Origin: Gammaproteobacteria bacterium
GTDB taxonomy: Bacteria; Pseudomonadota; Gammaproteobacteria; JABDBA01
Direction: 5' to 3'
Assembly (NCBI GenBank): GCA_013288885.1
Contig: JABDBA010000001.1
Location: 147,840-211,839 of the forward strand
DNA length: 64,000 nucleotides
Shown: piece after piece, positions 8,600 through 17,982 of the stretch
How the letters are laid out: every line of letters begins with the position of its first letter
How positions within the stretch are numbered: position 1 is the stretch's first letter
Translations under genes and position numbers: made by a program
The notes under the pieces: generated by a model
Database searches by the model: none
What the model was told of the DNA's origin: nothing
The model's input: only the letters and a program-made list of their open reading frames with translations

Positions 8600-10443
8600 G
8601 ACTCATTCTTCCTAACATTTCTTAAAAACTGAATACTATCTTCGTATTTATAAAATATACGCCCTTTATTTTCAGCATTATAAAGTATTTTAATGTGATG
8701 AATGGCTTTTGGATATTTGTCCTTTTCTAGTTCTCTGTTTCCTATAAAGCCACGAGAACGTTCAATTCGATCTTGATCTGCATCTTTATAACCACTAATT
8801 GAACCAGAGCGATGAATGGCTATAGAATCATCCCCATTCGGGCTAAAACACTTCATAAAATCGAGAAGGAAATCTGGAAGTTTATTTTTACCCAATCTTT
8901 GAGCCAACATTTCTAGTGTATGGAAACTATTTTTATTGGCATCAATAATTTTTTCTAGATTATTATCGTAGTTAAAAATCTCAAAGCTCATTTCACCTCT
9001 ATCAAAGCATACAGTTGTTTTGTCTATACTATTAGCTGCAACTGCAGAAATCCGTTTATCCTCAAGCCAAACAGGGGCACCATTACCTGATCTGATTGAT
9101 TCAAGTGATAGGCGATGAAAAATAAAACATTTATGCCAATCCATATACAAGTTTTTTGGAATATGTAACTCAAAAAAAGGTAAATATCCTCCTCTTGCAC
9201 CAAACATTCTGGCACGTTGAATATATGTATCTTGTTGTATTTTATGCTTCACATCGCGCGTAAAAAACATCGAAAGAAGATTATCAAAAGTTACCCCCCT
9301 GGATACTATATTTCCACCGATAGCAACTGTAAAAAGTGTTGATGGGTTTGTTGCGCTATCATAATCCACAACATTTTTATCAGAGTCGCTATTCATAACA
9401 ACAATTGTATTGCGATTAATATTTTCACGAATGTAATTTGTGATTTCCGTTTCCTCACCAGGATATCTTTCTTTAGCTATTTCCCATATAGTGAGGTAAT
9501 ATTTTTCAAATTTTTCATCATTTTCTTTACTTAAAATATTAAATGTTTTTACTACTTCCTTATAATCGCTACTGTGATCAGCTCGCTTACCACTTGTATG
9601 AATCAATATACTATAATTTTTTTCATCTTTATGGTTTATTTTTATATTAAGATGGGCAACATTTACTAAAAACCCAAATAACGCCTCCCTTAAATATTTC
9701 GGGGTATCGTCCGTATCAGGAAGCGGTTTTAAATTATATTTAATATCTTCAACAGATGTAGGGAAAAAATCATCTTTACCTTTATAAAGTGGATGCGGGG
9801 CAAAATCCACCCATTTTTCATTTTCATTTCTAAATGTATTATTTAAATCGAGGCGAGCAGGTGTAGCAGTAACTCCGATATAAATACCGTTGTCGCCTAA
9901 CAATTCTTCAATGAGAGAGTTTATTTTTGTTTTTTCCCCTTTATTTATTTTTGCATTTGGAGTCGCATAATCTGCTTCATCATCAATAATTATTTTCTCA
10001 CTAACATGGCCAATTTTATGAATTAATTTTTGTAAGTCTTTTGAGTTTTTCTTAGAAAAAATTACCCACTCCCCACTTCCGATAGTAACTGAGGGATCAA
10101 GTATTTCGTTAAAATTTTTGGGTGCCGGATCAATAGAAGAACGTCTAAAACGTCCAAGATTTTGACTTAGAAGCTGGACACTGTCATTAAGTAAAATAAT
10201 GATAATCTTAAAACCCTCGTCCAGTAACCGAGATGTAAGTGCTATCATCATTTCCGTTTTTCCACTTTGTGGTTCTCCATAAATCACAAAAGAACGGCAT
10301 TGCTCGCGAATATTTTTTATTGTGGTTTCAATGGCTTGCTCAATATTTTTAATGTAATCGTTTTTTGCAGTTATCCGCTCTATTTGACGATTATAACGCA
10401 TGTGTTTTCTAGGTTTATTTCTGAGAGTATTAATGTCAAACAT
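8596..10443 (-). CDS. Z1-domain P-loop NTPase (methylase-associated, restriction-like)
   Basis: 615 aa. Walker A GEPQSGKTEMM, DEAD-like IIDDEADYATPN, GVTATPAR. The C-terminal block GGNIVSRGVTFDNLLSMFFTR...DTYIQRARMFGARG is typical of Z1 domains. Confidence 0.8.
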   Translation of the reverse strand: MFDINTLRNKPRKHMRYNRQIERITAKNDYIKNIEQAIETTIKNIREQCRSFVIYGEPQSGKTEMMIALTSRLLDEGFKIIIILLNDSVQLLSQNLGRFRRSSIDPAPKNFNEILDPSVTIGSGEWVIFSKKNSKDLQKLIHKIGHVSEKIIIDDEADYATPNAKINKGEKTKINSLIEELLGDNGIYIGVTATPARLDLNNTFRNENEKWVDFAPHPLYKGKDDFFPTSVEDIKYNLKPLPDTDDTPKYLREALFGFLVNVAHLNIKINHKDEKNYSILIHTSGKRADHSSDYKEVVKTFNILSKENDEKFEKYYLTIWEIAKERYPGEETEITNYIRENINRNTIVVMNSDSDKNVVDYDSATNPSTLFTVAIGGNIVSRGVTFDNLLSMFFTRDVKHKIQQDTYIQRARMFGARGGYLPFFELHIPKNLYMDWHKCFIFHRLSLESIRSGNGAPVWLEDKRISAVAANSIDKTTVCFDRGEMSFEIFNYDNNLEKIIDANKNSFHTLEMLAQRLGKNKLPDFLLDFMKCFSPNGDDSIAIHRSGSISGYKDADQDRIERSRGFIGNRELEKDKYPKAIHHIKILYNAENKGRIFYKYEDSIQFLRNVRKNES

Positions 10444-10452
10444 GTTGGTTTC

Positions 10453-11763
10453 CTATTTTTCCATTACAATTATGTATTCAAACTGATAGACTCTTTTTTT
10501 AGCTGGATTTGAAAGACTTGTAAATTTTCCTGTATTTTTGTCGCGCCAAGGCGTGATCATTTTATTTAAAACTTCTCGTTTAATAAAATTAACTTTTCTA
10601 AATCCAAGGCGTAACATTTGTTCAGCCGCAACCTGAGCATTTATTATTTCAACTCCTTTTAAGGTCGTATTGCCTATAATAACACAAGCCTTACCACCAA
10701 ATTTTATAATTCGATATATTTCAGAAAAAAATCTTCTCATGTCTGAAAAATAATTTGCCACATCTGCGGCAAGAGGTTTATCGATTATTTCAAGCCGATT
10801 AATTATTTCCTCTGCAATATAACTATTAAAATTTACATCTTTTGATTGCTTATAACTGGTTCCTATAAATTTTTTCCTAAACTCATTAAACTCTTGAGTA
10901 AACTTATGCCAACCCTTGAATTGACTAGCATCTCTCCCTAACCATAAGAGAGATAATTGATGTAAATCAGCATACTCATAAGAAGTCACATATGGAGGTG
11001 ATGTTATTACTAAATCAATAGAATTTTTTTTGATTGGAAGAGGCTTGGTTGAGTCGCGACGATACATAACAGCTGGCACATTTAAGTTGCCGGATTTTAC
11101 CAACTCACAATAAAAAACTTTGTTTTTTTGTATCATTGAATCGAGGTGCCGCAAAAAAACTTCTTTTACATCAGGGATTTTCTTGTCTTTATCTATTGTT
11201 GGTTTTATACTTTTCATTAACCAACGCGAACAATTCTTAAGAATATGAGAAAATGCACAAAAGAAAAATTTCCTTGCTTTTTTATTTTCTATTTTTTTAA
11301 TACTGAAATAAACCCTATCAAGCCTTTTTATTGTAGCTGTATCAAACCAGTAATTGACACGTGAACATTTTGGTAAGGTTTTCTTTTGTGAATTTTTATA
11401 GTTGTCCATAAATTCTTCTCTACATTTTTCGAGAAGTTTTGGATTTATTGGGGTAACTTTAGTTTCAGTTATTAATTTTGCGATTGGGTTTATGTCAAAC
11501 CCAATACTTCTCCTACCTGATATTTTCGCTTCAACTAAAGTAGTACCACAACCACCAAAGGGATCGCAAATAATCTCTTTACCGGTCGGAGCGAATTTTT
11601 TAATTAATTGTTGTACTATTTGGGGGATAAATTTTGCAGGGTACCTATGATAACTGTGAGTGTGAGCATTCGTTTCCTTGCGCTCAATGTGTCGAAATGA
11701 CCAACTTGTTCGTGGTTGTAATTGTTTGAAGTTATAAAGAATCTTTTGAGCTGCAACTTGCAT
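10453..11763 (-). CDS. N4-cytosine/N6-adenine DNA methyltransferase
   Basis: 436 aa. HRYPAKFIPQ, motif I DPFGGCGTT (aa 67-75), and motif IV ITSPPY further downstream (alpha-type motif order). Confidence 0.88.
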   Translation of the reverse strand: MQVAAQKILYNFKQLQPRTSWSFRHIERKETNAHTHSYHRYPAKFIPQIVQQLIKKFAPTGKEIICDPFGGCGTTLVEAKISGRRSIGFDINPIAKLITETKVTPINPKLLEKCREEFMDNYKNSQKKTLPKCSRVNYWFDTATIKRLDRVYFSIKKIENKKARKFFFCAFSHILKNCSRWLMKSIKPTIDKDKKIPDVKEVFLRHLDSMIQKNKVFYCELVKSGNLNVPAVMYRRDSTKPLPIKKNSIDLVITSPPYVTSYEYADLHQLSLLWLGRDASQFKGWHKFTQEFNEFRKKFIGTSYKQSKDVNFNSYIAEEIINRLEIIDKPLAADVANYFSDMRRFFSEIYRIIKFGGKACVIIGNTTLKGVEIINAQVAAEQMLRLGFRKVNFIKREVLNKMITPWRDKNTGKFTSLSNPAKKRVYQFEYIIVMEK

Positions 11764-11887
11764 GTTTTGTCTTTGAATATAGTCCTAGTGATTAGTAGTC
11801 TAAACCATATAAATTATGATGCAACCACACAACATAAAACTAAAAAAGTCCCAGCTAATTCATAGCACCCACATAGCACCGCCCAAA

Positions 11888-11972
11888 ACACGGTTTTATT
11901 AAGATAAGCTAACTACTTGATTTATATGGTGCTGGCACCCGGATTCGAACTGGGGACCTACTGATTACAAAT
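11888..11972 (-). repeat. Proximal att repeat (overlaps the 3' part of the intact tRNA-Thr)
   Basis: Partner of 771..853. Confidence 0.9.
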
Positions 11973-12002
11973 CAGTTGCTCTACCAACTGAGCTATGCCA
12001 GC
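11927..12002 (-). tRNA. tRNA-Thr (anticodon UGU)
   Basis: The reverse complement is GCTGGCATAGCTCAGTTGGTAGAGCAACTGATTTGTAATCAGTAGGTCCCCAGTTCGAATCCGGGTGCCAGCACCA. It folds as a cloverleaf with anticodon loop TT-TGT-AA and an encoded CCA. There is one A-C mismatch in the T stem. Confidence 0.9.
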
Positions 12003-12036
12003 GTGAGGGAAAGGGGGATTTTAGACAAGTTTGGGC

Positions 12037-12606
12037 TTAATGGCAATTGTTGAACAGTAAATAATCATAATAAGCCATGACTTCGCGGGTGGTGGAATAA
12101 AAATCGCGCCATTCGAAATAGTTGGCATGGGCACTGTAGATAGGGTCAATTCCACATTGTTGGAATGCCAAACGCGCGCGTGCAATATGAAAATATTGCG
12201 ATACCACGATTACGCTTTTAAAACCACGCTTATTCATTATTGCTAGCGTATTCTTAGCGGTCGCTGCTGTGTTATGACCGTGTTTATCCATTACAATTGC
12301 AGTAGCTGGAATTCCTTGGCTTAGCAAATAACTTTGCATGGCTACTGCTTCGTTAACCTTTTCTTTGCCTGTTCCTCCGCTCACAATAATATTATTAACG
12401 ATGCCTTTTTTATATAACTCAATGCCTTTATCAAGGCGCGCTCTTAATCTGCCCGATAATATGCCATTGGCCCGCACTTTTGTGCCTAAAATTACGGCAA
12501 CATCACTTTTTTGAATATGATCCGAAAAGCCTTGGTAAAGGATAAAAAAAACGGTGATTAAAAATATTGTCGTCAATAAACACAGTATATATAAAATATA
12601 TTTCAT
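12037..12606 (-). CDS. DUF218 (SanA/YdcF-like) membrane-anchored protein
   Basis: 189 aa with an N-terminal TM segment. VAVILGTKV..GILSGRLRARLDKGIELYKKG...IIVSGG fits the DUF218 pattern. Confidence 0.75.
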   Translation of the reverse strand: MKYILYILCLLTTIFLITVFFILYQGFSDHIQKSDVAVILGTKVRANGILSGRLRARLDKGIELYKKGIVNNIIVSGGTGKEKVNEAVAMQSYLLSQGIPATAIVMDKHGHNTAATAKNTLAIMNKRGFKSVIVVSQYFHIARARLAFQQCGIDPIYSAHANYFEWRDFYSTTREVMAYYDYLLFNNCH

Positions 12607-12705
12607 AATGTCTTAACTCGAAAGTTCCTAATCACTAAGCTTAGTGACATCAATTAAAAAATGTGTTTAAATAATTAAGTGTAATTATTAAATACATTAT
12701 TCTCT

Positions 12706-13029
12706 ATGAAACCTCATCAACTTATCTCAATTCTTGGTATTTTTCTATTATTTTTATTCAGCTCACAAGCCCAAGCCATGCGTTGTGGTACACAATTAGT
12801 CTTAATCGGCGATAGTGAAGCCAAGGTTTTACAGAATTGTGGTAAACCCACCGAAAGAATTCGGGTTAAAAAATGTACAGATCGTTACTCAAACCCGTTT
12901 AATCAAAAAACAACTGTCCATTCTTGTCGCAAATTTGTTTACGATCGTGGGGCACAAGACTTTATTTATGAAATTACCTTTGCTAATTATAAAGTTATAA
13001 ACATAACGACTCATGGTTATGGCCGTTGA
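12706..13029 (+). CDS. Secreted small protein, DUF2845-like
   Basis: 107 aa. A signal peptide ends AQA. CGTQLVLIGDSEAKVLQNCGKPT resembles DUF2845. Confidence 0.55.
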   Translation: MKPHQLISILGIFLLFLFSSQAQAMRCGTQLVLIGDSEAKVLQNCGKPTERIRVKKCTDRYSNPFNQKTTVHSCRKFVYDRGAQDFIYEITFANYKVINITTHGYGR

Positions 13030-13280
13030 AAAAAAATAATTAAAATCAACAAATCTGCTTTCTCTTATTATAATTATATTGTTTTAAATAAAAGATAATA
13101 ATCATAATAAGGCAACGCAAAATCTGTTGAATCTCATAAAATAGCGTTATTTATGAGATACTTATTAAACTTTTATTGTTGTTTATAACTCATTTATAAT
13201 CACTGAATGAAACGGGATAAAAACCATCAGCAAGTAGGCTGTAATAATATCTACAAGATATCAACCCGCGAATACCTTTG

Positions 13281-13301
13281 TTATCAACAGAGTTATCAAC
13301 A
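13281..13301 (+). promoter_or_regulatory. Two tandem DnaA-box-like 9-mers (TTATCAACA x2) upstream of dnaA
   Basis: ttatcaaca occurs at 13281-13289 and 13293-13301, each with one mismatch to TTATCCACA. A weaker inverted box tgtggatgg lies at 13316-13324. Confidence 0.5.
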
Positions 13302-13392
13302 GATTTTTTTTGGGTTGTGGATGGATTCTTAAATCGATAAGGTATACACTGTTTTTCCGTGATACTTCATTAAAATACAGCAGGTTTTTCGA

Positions 13393-14745
13393 GTGCCGAT
13401 AATTTCTCTCTGGCAAAAGTGTTTAAATATTCTACAAGAGGATATTAAACCAAGCCAATTTAATACGTGGATCAGACCGCTGCAACCAGAGGCGAGTGAT
13501 GGCACGTTGTATTTGCTTGCGCCCAACCAATTCGTGTTAGATTGGGTCAGTGAGCGATTTCTGGCGCGCATTACCGAGCTGTTGGGGTCGATGAGCCAAG
13601 ATAATCCGCCGCAGGTCATTCTGAAGATTGGTAGTCGTGCCAACGAGAAGCCCGACAAACCGATGACGATGCGTGAAGTCAACAAAGCTGCGCCCGTCGT
13701 TATCCGTGAAATCAGTGTGCAGCGCCATAATAATCTCAATCACGCGTTTACCTTCGATAGTTTTGTCGAGGGCAAGTCGAACCAGTTGGCTAAAGCAGCT
13801 TCGTTGCAAATCGCCGAGAACCCAGGTGCGGCGTATAATCCGTTGTTTATTTATGGCGGTGTGGGGTTGGGTAAAACCCATTTGATGCACGCAATTGGTA
13901 ATCAGATTTTGCAAAAGAAGGCGAATGCTAAAGTACTTTATTTGCACTCCGAACGTTTTGTGGCAGACATGATTAAAGCGCTACAAACCAATACCATTAA
14001 CGAATTTAAGCATTATTATCGTACATTAGATGCGCTCTTAATCGACGATATTCAGTTTTTTGCGGGTAAAGATCGCTCGCAAGAAGAGTTTTTTCATACA
14101 TTTAATGCATTGTTGGAAGGCCAACAGCAGGTGGTTTTGACGTGCGATCGTTATCCCAAGGAGATTAGCGGGGTCGAAGAGCGCTTAAAATCACGCTTTG
14201 GTTGGGGTTTGACGGTAGCTATCGAGCCGCCAGAGTTGGAAACCCGTGTCGCTATTTTGATCAGTAAAGCGCAGTTGGTGGGTATTGATTTGGCGCAGGA
14301 AGTGGCGTTTTTTATTGCTAAGCGTGTGCGCTCGAATGTACGTGAATTGGAAGGGGTGTTGCGACGGGTCATTGCGAATGCGCAGTTCACGGGGCGTTCC
14401 ATAACACTTGATTTAGTGAGAGAATCGATCAAAGATTTGTTAGCGTTACAAGATAAATTGGTGACGATCGAGAATATCCAAAAGATCGTGGCTGAATATT
14501 ACAAGTTGAAGGTGGCTGATCTGCTTTCAAAGCGGCGTTCGCGTTCGGTGGCGCGGCCGCGGCAAGTGGCGATGGCGTTAGCTAAAGAGTTAACCAATCA
14601 CAGTTTGCCGGAAATAGGGGATGCATTTGGTGGGCGTGATCATACGACGGTATTACATGCACATCGTAAGATCAAAGAATTGCGCGAATCTAATTCAGAT
14701 ATTGCGGAAGATTTTAAAAATTTATTACGGATATTGGAAACTTAA
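13393..14745 (+). CDS. dnaA: Chromosomal replication initiator DnaA
   Basis: 450 aa with a GTG start. AAA+ Walker [11 protein letters not shown], and a C-terminal DNA-binding helix region (..[12 protein letters not shown]..). Confidence 0.97.
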   Translation: MPIISLWQKCLNILQEDIKPSQFNTWIRPLQPEASDGTLYLLAPNQFVLDWVSERFLARITELLGSMSQDNPPQVILKIGSRANEKPDKPMTMREVNKAAPVVIREISVQRHNNLNHAFTFDSFVEGKSNQLAKAASLQIAENPGAAYNPLFIYGGVGLGKTHLMHAIGNQILQKKANAKVLYLHSERFVADMIKALQTNTINEFKHYYRTLDALLIDDIQFFAGKDRSQEEFFHTFNALLEGQQQVVLTCDRYPKEISGVEERLKSRFGWGLTVAIEPPELETRVAILISKAQLVGIDLAQEVAFFIAKRVRSNVRELEGVLRRVIANAQFTGRSITLDLVRESIKDLLALQDKLVTIENIQKIVAEYYKLKVADLLSKRRSRSVARPRQVAMALAKELTNHSLPEIGDAFGGRDHTTVLHAHRKIKELRESNSDIAEDFKNLLRILET

Positions 14746-14759
14746 CAAAAGGCGTTGCT

Positions 14760-15869
14760 ATGAAAATATCGATCGATCGTGAAACATTATTAAAACCGTT
14801 GCAACTCGTTTCGGGTGTAGTGGAACGACGTCAGTCAATCCCCGTATTGGCGAATGCGTTGCTGAAATCGGATAAAAAAAGTTTTACTTTAACCGGTACC
14901 GATCTTGAAATCGAGTTACAAGGTCGCATTGCGTTAGAAAAAATCAGCGAAGCGGGGGAGATTACTGTACCGGCACGCAAACTCATTGATATTTGCAAAA
15001 CCTTGCCAGAAAAAGCGCAGATCGATCTTAATTTTGATGGACAAAAAGTGATTGTGCGTTCGGGCAAGAGCCGCTTTAGTTTAGCGACGTTACCTGCCGA
15101 TGAATTTCCTAAAACCGAAGAATTTTCTGCAACCTTGGAATTTAAAATACCAGCAACTGATTTACGTAGCGTTATAGAAAAAACCAGTTTTGCGATGGCA
15201 CAGCAAGATGTGCGCTATTATTTAAATGGTTTATTATTTGAAGTGAGTGATAATCAATTGGTGGCAGTAGCGACTGATGGTCATCGCATGGGTTATAGCA
15301 GCATAGAAGCGAAAGCACCAGGTATGGCGCAAGTGATCGTGCCGCGCAAAGCAGTGTTGGAATTATCGCGGTTATTAGCAGATACAGCCGGTGAAGTCGA
15401 TGTTCTGTTTGGTTCTAATCAATTGCAAGTGAAAACAGATCATTATGTTTTTACTACCAAACTTATCGAAGGTCGTTTCCCCGATTATTCTAAGGTTATT
15501 CCCACTGGTGGCGATAAAGTATTGATCGTTGATCGCGATATATTAAAACAAGCACTTAATCGTGTTGCCGTATTGGCGAACGAAAAACATCGCGGTGTGT
15601 TATTTGAGTTGCAAGCAGGCACATTGCGCATTACTGCTAATAATACCGAACAAGAAGAAGCAGAAGAAGAATTAAATGTAAATTATCACGGCGGCGAAAT
15701 GAATATTAGTTTTAATGTTACTTATTTATTTGACGTGATTAACGCGTTGAATGCGGGCAATATGCAGTTTACATTTACTAACTCTGATAGCAGTATTCGC
15801 GTCGAGCAAGAAAAATCGGCCGAAAATAATAATGCAGATGTTTATGTAATCATGCCGATGCAGTTGTAA
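14760..15869 (+). CDS. dnaN: DNA polymerase III beta sliding clamp
   Basis: 369 aa. MKISIDRETLLKPLQLVSGVVERRQSIPVLANALL and synteny after dnaA. Confidence 0.97.
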   Translation: MKISIDRETLLKPLQLVSGVVERRQSIPVLANALLKSDKKSFTLTGTDLEIELQGRIALEKISEAGEITVPARKLIDICKTLPEKAQIDLNFDGQKVIVRSGKSRFSLATLPADEFPKTEEFSATLEFKIPATDLRSVIEKTSFAMAQQDVRYYLNGLLFEVSDNQLVAVATDGHRMGYSSIEAKAPGMAQVIVPRKAVLELSRLLADTAGEVDVLFGSNQLQVKTDHYVFTTKLIEGRFPDYSKVIPTGGDKVLIVDRDILKQALNRVAVLANEKHRGVLFELQAGTLRITANNTEQEEAEEELNVNYHGGEMNISFNVTYLFDVINALNAGNMQFTFTNSDSSIRVEQEKSAENNNADVYVIMPMQL

Positions 15870-15875
15870 ATTTTG

Positions 15876-15894
15876 CCCTCTTTGAAAAGGGGGG
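15876..15894. repeat. Copy of the small palindromic element CCC(C/T)CTTTGAAAAGGGGGG, followed by ...ggggggattt
   Basis: Same family as 17409, 17488, 17628 and 17708. Sits in the dnaN-recF spacer. Confidence 0.7.
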
Positions 15895-15977
15895 CCGCCG
15901 AGCGCTAAGCGAGGCGGGGGGATTTAAGAATCGTGCAATCTTTTCAATCCATCTATTTCTATTTTATCTAGGCCCCT

Positions 15978-17063
15978 ATGTCATTATTACGCCTAAAGGT
16001 GAATAATTTTCGTAATCTGCACAGTTTAAGTTTAGAGTGCGAGAGTAACTTTAATCTTATTTTTGGGGCGAATGGCAGTGGGAAAACCAGCATTTTAGAG
16101 TCGATCTACTATTTAAGTCGCGGACGTTCTTTTCGTAGTCACACTTCTAATCGCATTATTTCTTATGGTGCTGAAAATTTCTCTATTTTTGGCGCAGTTG
16201 CAACCCACGAAGGTTTAACAGTTCCCGTTGGCATTGAAAAAACACTAAACGGTAAAACACGTATCAAATTAGGCAATGATGAGCTCACATCAAGTGCGGA
16301 ATTAGCACAAACCTTACCTTTATTAATGATCAATCCCGATAGTTACAGCTTGTTAGATGGCGGACCCAAAATGCGTCGTCAGTTTTTAGATTGGGGAGTG
16401 TTTCACGTGGAACCTCAATTTTTTTCTATCTGGCAGCGTTTTCACCGTGCGTTAAAACAGCGTAATGCGGCATTGGCGCAGGAGGTGTCTGCCAAAGAAG
16501 TTAAAGTTTGGGATGCGGAGTTGGTATCACACGGGTTGGAATTAACGAAATTACGCGAACATTACATACAGCAGTTAGTGCCGGTGGTCGAAGAAATTTT
16601 GTCACAGTTAATTGATCTAGAAGGATTGGTTATTACATTTCAGCGGGGGTGGGATCCGCAATCTGATTTGCAGCAGGAGTTAGACAATGCTTTTGTGCGC
16701 GATAAACATTTGGGTTTCACCAGTGTAGGGCCGCAAAAAGCGAATTTAGATATTCGTATTAATAAGTTGCCCGTGCACGATGTGCTTTCTCGTGGGGAGC
16801 AGAAGTTATTGGTTTTTTCGATGTTGTTAGCACAGGGGATTCAGTTGCGCCGTTGTTCAGAAAAGAAGTGTATTTATCTACTCGATGATATTGCAGCGGA
16901 ATTGGATACCCAACGTTGGCAGCGGATAAAAGCCGTTTTAGTCGAACTGCAAGCGCAGGTGTTTATTACCGCGACGGATATTAGTTTTTTCTCAGAATTA
17001 CGCGACAGTGTTCCCAGCAAATTGTTCCACGTGGAACATGGAACAGCACGCACCCCCCTTTGA
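15978..17063 (+). CDS. recF: DNA replication/repair protein RecF
   Basis: 361 aa. Walker A GANGSGKTSILE, signature SRGEQKLL, Walker B LLDDIAAELD. Confidence 0.95.
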   Translation: MSLLRLKVNNFRNLHSLSLECESNFNLIFGANGSGKTSILESIYYLSRGRSFRSHTSNRIISYGAENFSIFGAVATHEGLTVPVGIEKTLNGKTRIKLGNDELTSSAELAQTLPLLMINPDSYSLLDGGPKMRRQFLDWGVFHVEPQFFSIWQRFHRALKQRNAALAQEVSAKEVKVWDAELVSHGLELTKLREHYIQQLVPVVEEILSQLIDLEGLVITFQRGWDPQSDLQQELDNAFVRDKHLGFTSVGPQKANLDIRINKLPVHDVLSRGEQKLLVFSMLLAQGIQLRRCSEKKCIYLLDDIAAELDTQRWQRIKAVLVELQAQVFITATDISFFSELRDSVPSKLFHVEHGTARTPL

Positions 17064-17072
17064 AAAGTATAT

Positions 17073-17273
17073 CGTTACCCACAAGTGGTATAAATAGCTG
17101 CCGGGGTGTGCTCACTTGCTCGCTAGACAAACATCCCTGTTTACTAGCGAGCGGCGTCATCCATGACGCCGCCCTTCGGGCGAAGGTTGCGCCGCACCCT
17201 CTACTCGGCGCTTGCACAACTCGAGCCAATCACACCCCGGCAGCTATTTATTACCCATTGCTTATGGGTAACG
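17073..17273. repeat. MITE-like 201-bp element with ~40-bp imperfect terminal inverted repeats
   Basis: The left end cgttaccca..ataaatagctgccggggtgtg pairs with the right end cacaccccggcagctatttat..tgggtaacg. Internal hairpins include ctcgctag..ctagcgag and cggcgtcat-ccatgacgccg. Confidence 0.65.
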
Positions 17274-17303
17274 ATGTAGGTCAGCTCAAGGAGGGCGGAT
17301 TAG

Positions 17304-17733
17304 CAAGTAGGTCGGCTCAAGGAGCGTAGCGACGGAGCCGACATTCGATGCTAGAATCATTATCGCTGTCAGTTCCGCTTCGCTTGAACTGACCTACCTC
17401 TTCCTATTCCCCCCTTTGAAAAAGGGGGCTAGTGGCGCTTAGGTTGGAGTAACCACATAATTTTGTAAAAACACTGAACTTCCTGTTCCCCCCTTTGAAA
17501 AAGGGGGCTAGTGGCGCTTAGGTTGGAGCAAGTAGGTCGGCTCAAGGAGCGTAACGACGGAGCCGACATTCGATGCTAGAATCATTATCGCTGTCAGTTC
17601 CGCTTCGCTTGAACTGACCTACCTCTTCCCCCCTTTGAAAAAGGGGGGCTAGTGGCGCTTAGGTTGGAGTAATCACATAATTTTGTAAAAACACTGAACT
17701 TCCTGTTCCCCCCTTTGAAAAAGGGGGGCTAGG
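17304..17733. repeat. Two tandem copies of a ~220-225-bp composite repeat
   Basis: Each copy is unit C (caagtaggtcggctcaaggagcgta..gaactgacctacc), then palindrome A (ccccccTTTGAAAAAgggggg ctagtggcgcttaggttggag), then unit B (taaYcacataattttgtaaaaacactgaacttcctgtt), then A again. The second copy starts at 17529. Confidence 0.85.
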
Positions 17734-17790
17734 GGGGATTTGAGGAAGGTTGCACTATTTCAGGAGGCATTAATGTTCCACGTGGAACAT

Positions 17791-17958
17791 TCAGAAAACT
17801 CTTATACCATCACTAAACACCCCATCTTGTTCGATACGGTGATTATAAGCTTCCACAGCCACTTTATTTTCTTTTAACCATTGTTCGGCTTGTTTTTCAC
17901 GAATAAGAGTAATGAGCCGTTCTTCCAACGTTTGAGAAAGCTTTATTTCCGTCGGCAT
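17791..17958 (-). CDS. CcdA-family antitoxin-like protein (55 aa), not in the ORF track
   Basis: My translation is MPTEIKLSQTLEERLITLIREKQAEQWLKENKVAVEAYNHRIEQDGVFSDGIRVF*. The W..EN..A...YN......G.FSD..R.F pattern is the CcdA C-terminal signature. Confidence 0.65.
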   Translation of the reverse strand: MPTEIKLSQTLEERLITLIREKQAEQWLKENKVAVEAYNHRIEQDGVFSDGIRVF

Positions 17959-17982
17959 AATATTTTTCCTAATAAAGGTGCC

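Larger units (their letters stand above)
854..11926. mobile_element. ~11.1-kb integrative genomic island inserted in the 3' end of tRNA-Thr(UGU)
   Basis: Bounded by the ~83-bp direct repeats 771..853 and 11888..11972, the latter inside the intact tRNA. Carries a P4-type integrase, an AlpA-like excisionase and defence-type cargo. Confidence 0.85.

Noticed and set aside
13030-13392. AT-rich dnaA upstream region considered as oriC
   Set aside because: Only two one-mismatch DnaA boxes plus one weak inverted box are visible, and there is no clear 13-mer/DUE array. This fits dnaA autoregulation, but I cannot support an oriC call without GC-skew or DoriC-type analysis.
16981-17329. ORFs 17060..17329 (+) and 16981..17229 (-)
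   Set aside because: Both read through the MITE-like inverted-repeat element and the recF 3' end. GC-rich palindromic DNA generates open frames on both strands.
17304-17733. Repeat-rich region considered as a possible CRISPR array
   Set aside because: There are only two copies of a long (~225 bp) composite unit, with no short repeat/unique-spacer alternation and no cas genes nearby. It is a tandem duplication of palindromic elements.
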